DNA of 63,143 bases, the filler included, from Dugesia japonica (Eukaryota), in assembly GCA_001938525.1 (NCBI GenBank). It is 6 parts of 6 records of this genome, joined end to end, with 100 filler letters (N's around TTAATTAATTAA, not from the genome) between each part and the next. Parts side by side here need not be neighbours in the genome. Positions count along the whole stretch, not along the records: positions 53,835 to 63,143 come from MQRL01551679.1; 5 more parts are not named here. One strand, written 5' to 3'. Below the pieces are notes generated by a model. It did not search any database, was not told the DNA's origin, and was given only the letters and a program-made list of their open reading frames with translations. Shown in pieces: positions 62,219 to 63,143 of this stretch (the first letter of the stretch is position 1; each line of letters opens with the position of its first letter). The position numbers and the translations under genes are program-made.

Positions 62219-62331
62219 AAAAGCTTCCATCAAAATTTGTTTTTTTTAAGAAGTTAATTCCTGACGAAGACAAATTTGAAAATTAGAATTATTATCAAAA
62301 ATAAAAAAAACAAATTTTGATCGAAGCTTTT
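62219..62331. mobile_element. ~110-bp MITE with AAAAGCTTCGATCAAAATTTG TIRs
   Basis: An inverted pair is present here. Single copies of the same TIR occur at ~18048, ~39303 and ~51647. Confidence 0.65.
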
Positions 62332-62395
62332 TGGTGACTCTTACCCGACGTTAAGAGTGCATGAGCGCGTTATCTGAATGTTATTTGGGTTCGTT
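62332..62395 (-). mobile_element. Truncated, diverged copy 4 of the LTR-like repeat
   Basis: The minus strand reads GAACCCAAAT..GCACTCTTA-loop-TAAGAGTCA, the same motifs as copies 1-3. It lies ~100 bp downstream of a co-oriented coiled-coil ORF and is cut by the MITE. Confidence 0.5.
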
Positions 62396-62493
62396 TACCG
62401 TGGCGATAGAAGCCAATTTTAAATCAATTAAATGAAATTAATATTAAACGATAATATTTTTATAAATACTGTACATCATCATTACAAGTAGTG

Positions 62494-63066
62494 TCATTCG
62501 TCATCAAAACATAAATCGACAAATGTTCGGCGGGCTTTCTTAGGAGGTGAAATACCCGATGAGGTGTATGGAGAGTCCAATTGTAAGTGCCACAAGCTCT
62601 CATTTTCGTGTCGAAGCCATTCGACCTCGGCTTCCAACTTCCAAATCTTCATTCCCTGAGACTCATCTCTCCGGGTATATTCAATATTTTGTTTTCTTAA
62701 GGCNNNNNNNNNNNNNNNNNNNNNNNNNNNNNNNNNNNNNNNNNNNNNNNNNNCCAATTTTAATTGCCACAAGCTCTCATTTTCGTGTCGAAGCCATTTG
62801 ACCTCCTCTTCTAACTTCCAAATCTTCATTCCTTGAGACTCATCTCTCCCGGTATATTCAATATTCTGTCTTCTTAAGGTGGAAACCTCTACCACTTATA
62901 TCGCTATCTTTTCCTGTAGAGATTGGCAGGTTTGTGATCAATTTGTTGTTGTGGCAAGCTGACTGTCCGTGTTGGCGGAAAACTGAACTGCAGCGCCGAA
63001 TGTTCGACTAGGACGACTGTCGAAAAGCTGTCGGTTCTGGGGTAGCTCTGGAGCATTTTCGTTCAT
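62494..63066 (-). pseudogene. Coiled-coil ORF with an internal ~39-aa duplication, probably an accessory gene of the LTR-like family
   Basis: ATG at 63066 is in frame through two stops into the 133-aa ORF. The repeat is LRxQNIEYTxRDESQGMKIWKLExEVxWLRHENESLWxL and the C-terminus is SPPKKARRTFVDLCFDDE. Confidence 0.55.
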
Positions 63067-63143
63067 CTTAAGTATTTCAGATTAATTCAAGCTTAATCTG
63101 TAATTCGTTATGCGTTAACGAATTTCATTTGGGATTTCCTTAC

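Overview
AT-rich animal genomic DNA, not prokaryotic. It has GT-AG introns of 41-43 bp, and a 5S-like sequence that resembles, from memory, the planarian (triclad) 5S. The window is not one locus. Five identical 100-bp spacers (44 N + TTAATTAATTAA + 44 N) join six unrelated ~10-kb scaffolds. Host coding content is sparse: three NDR/STK38 kinase exons, one EAG/KCNH channel exon and a few weak orphan exons. Most of the rest is decayed mobile DNA: Ty3/gypsy, hAT, Tc1/mariner, pogo and Penelope-like remnants, plus Polinton/Maverick (adintovirus-like) pieces. The Polinton pieces include three pPolB genes, a protease, penton, hexon, integrase, and fibre-like and gasderminX-like ORFs. The best candidate for an undescribed system is a repeat family seen four times on three scaffolds (~8.7, 10.0, 19.4 and 62.3 kb). 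It has a ~175-bp LTR-like end, preceded in two copies by a polypurine tract. That end carries up to three hairpins with compensatory changes between copies, and upstream lies a co-oriented array of small spliced coiled-coil genes. No pol gene is attached to it in this window, so its element class is inferred. All calls are by eye; no searches were run.
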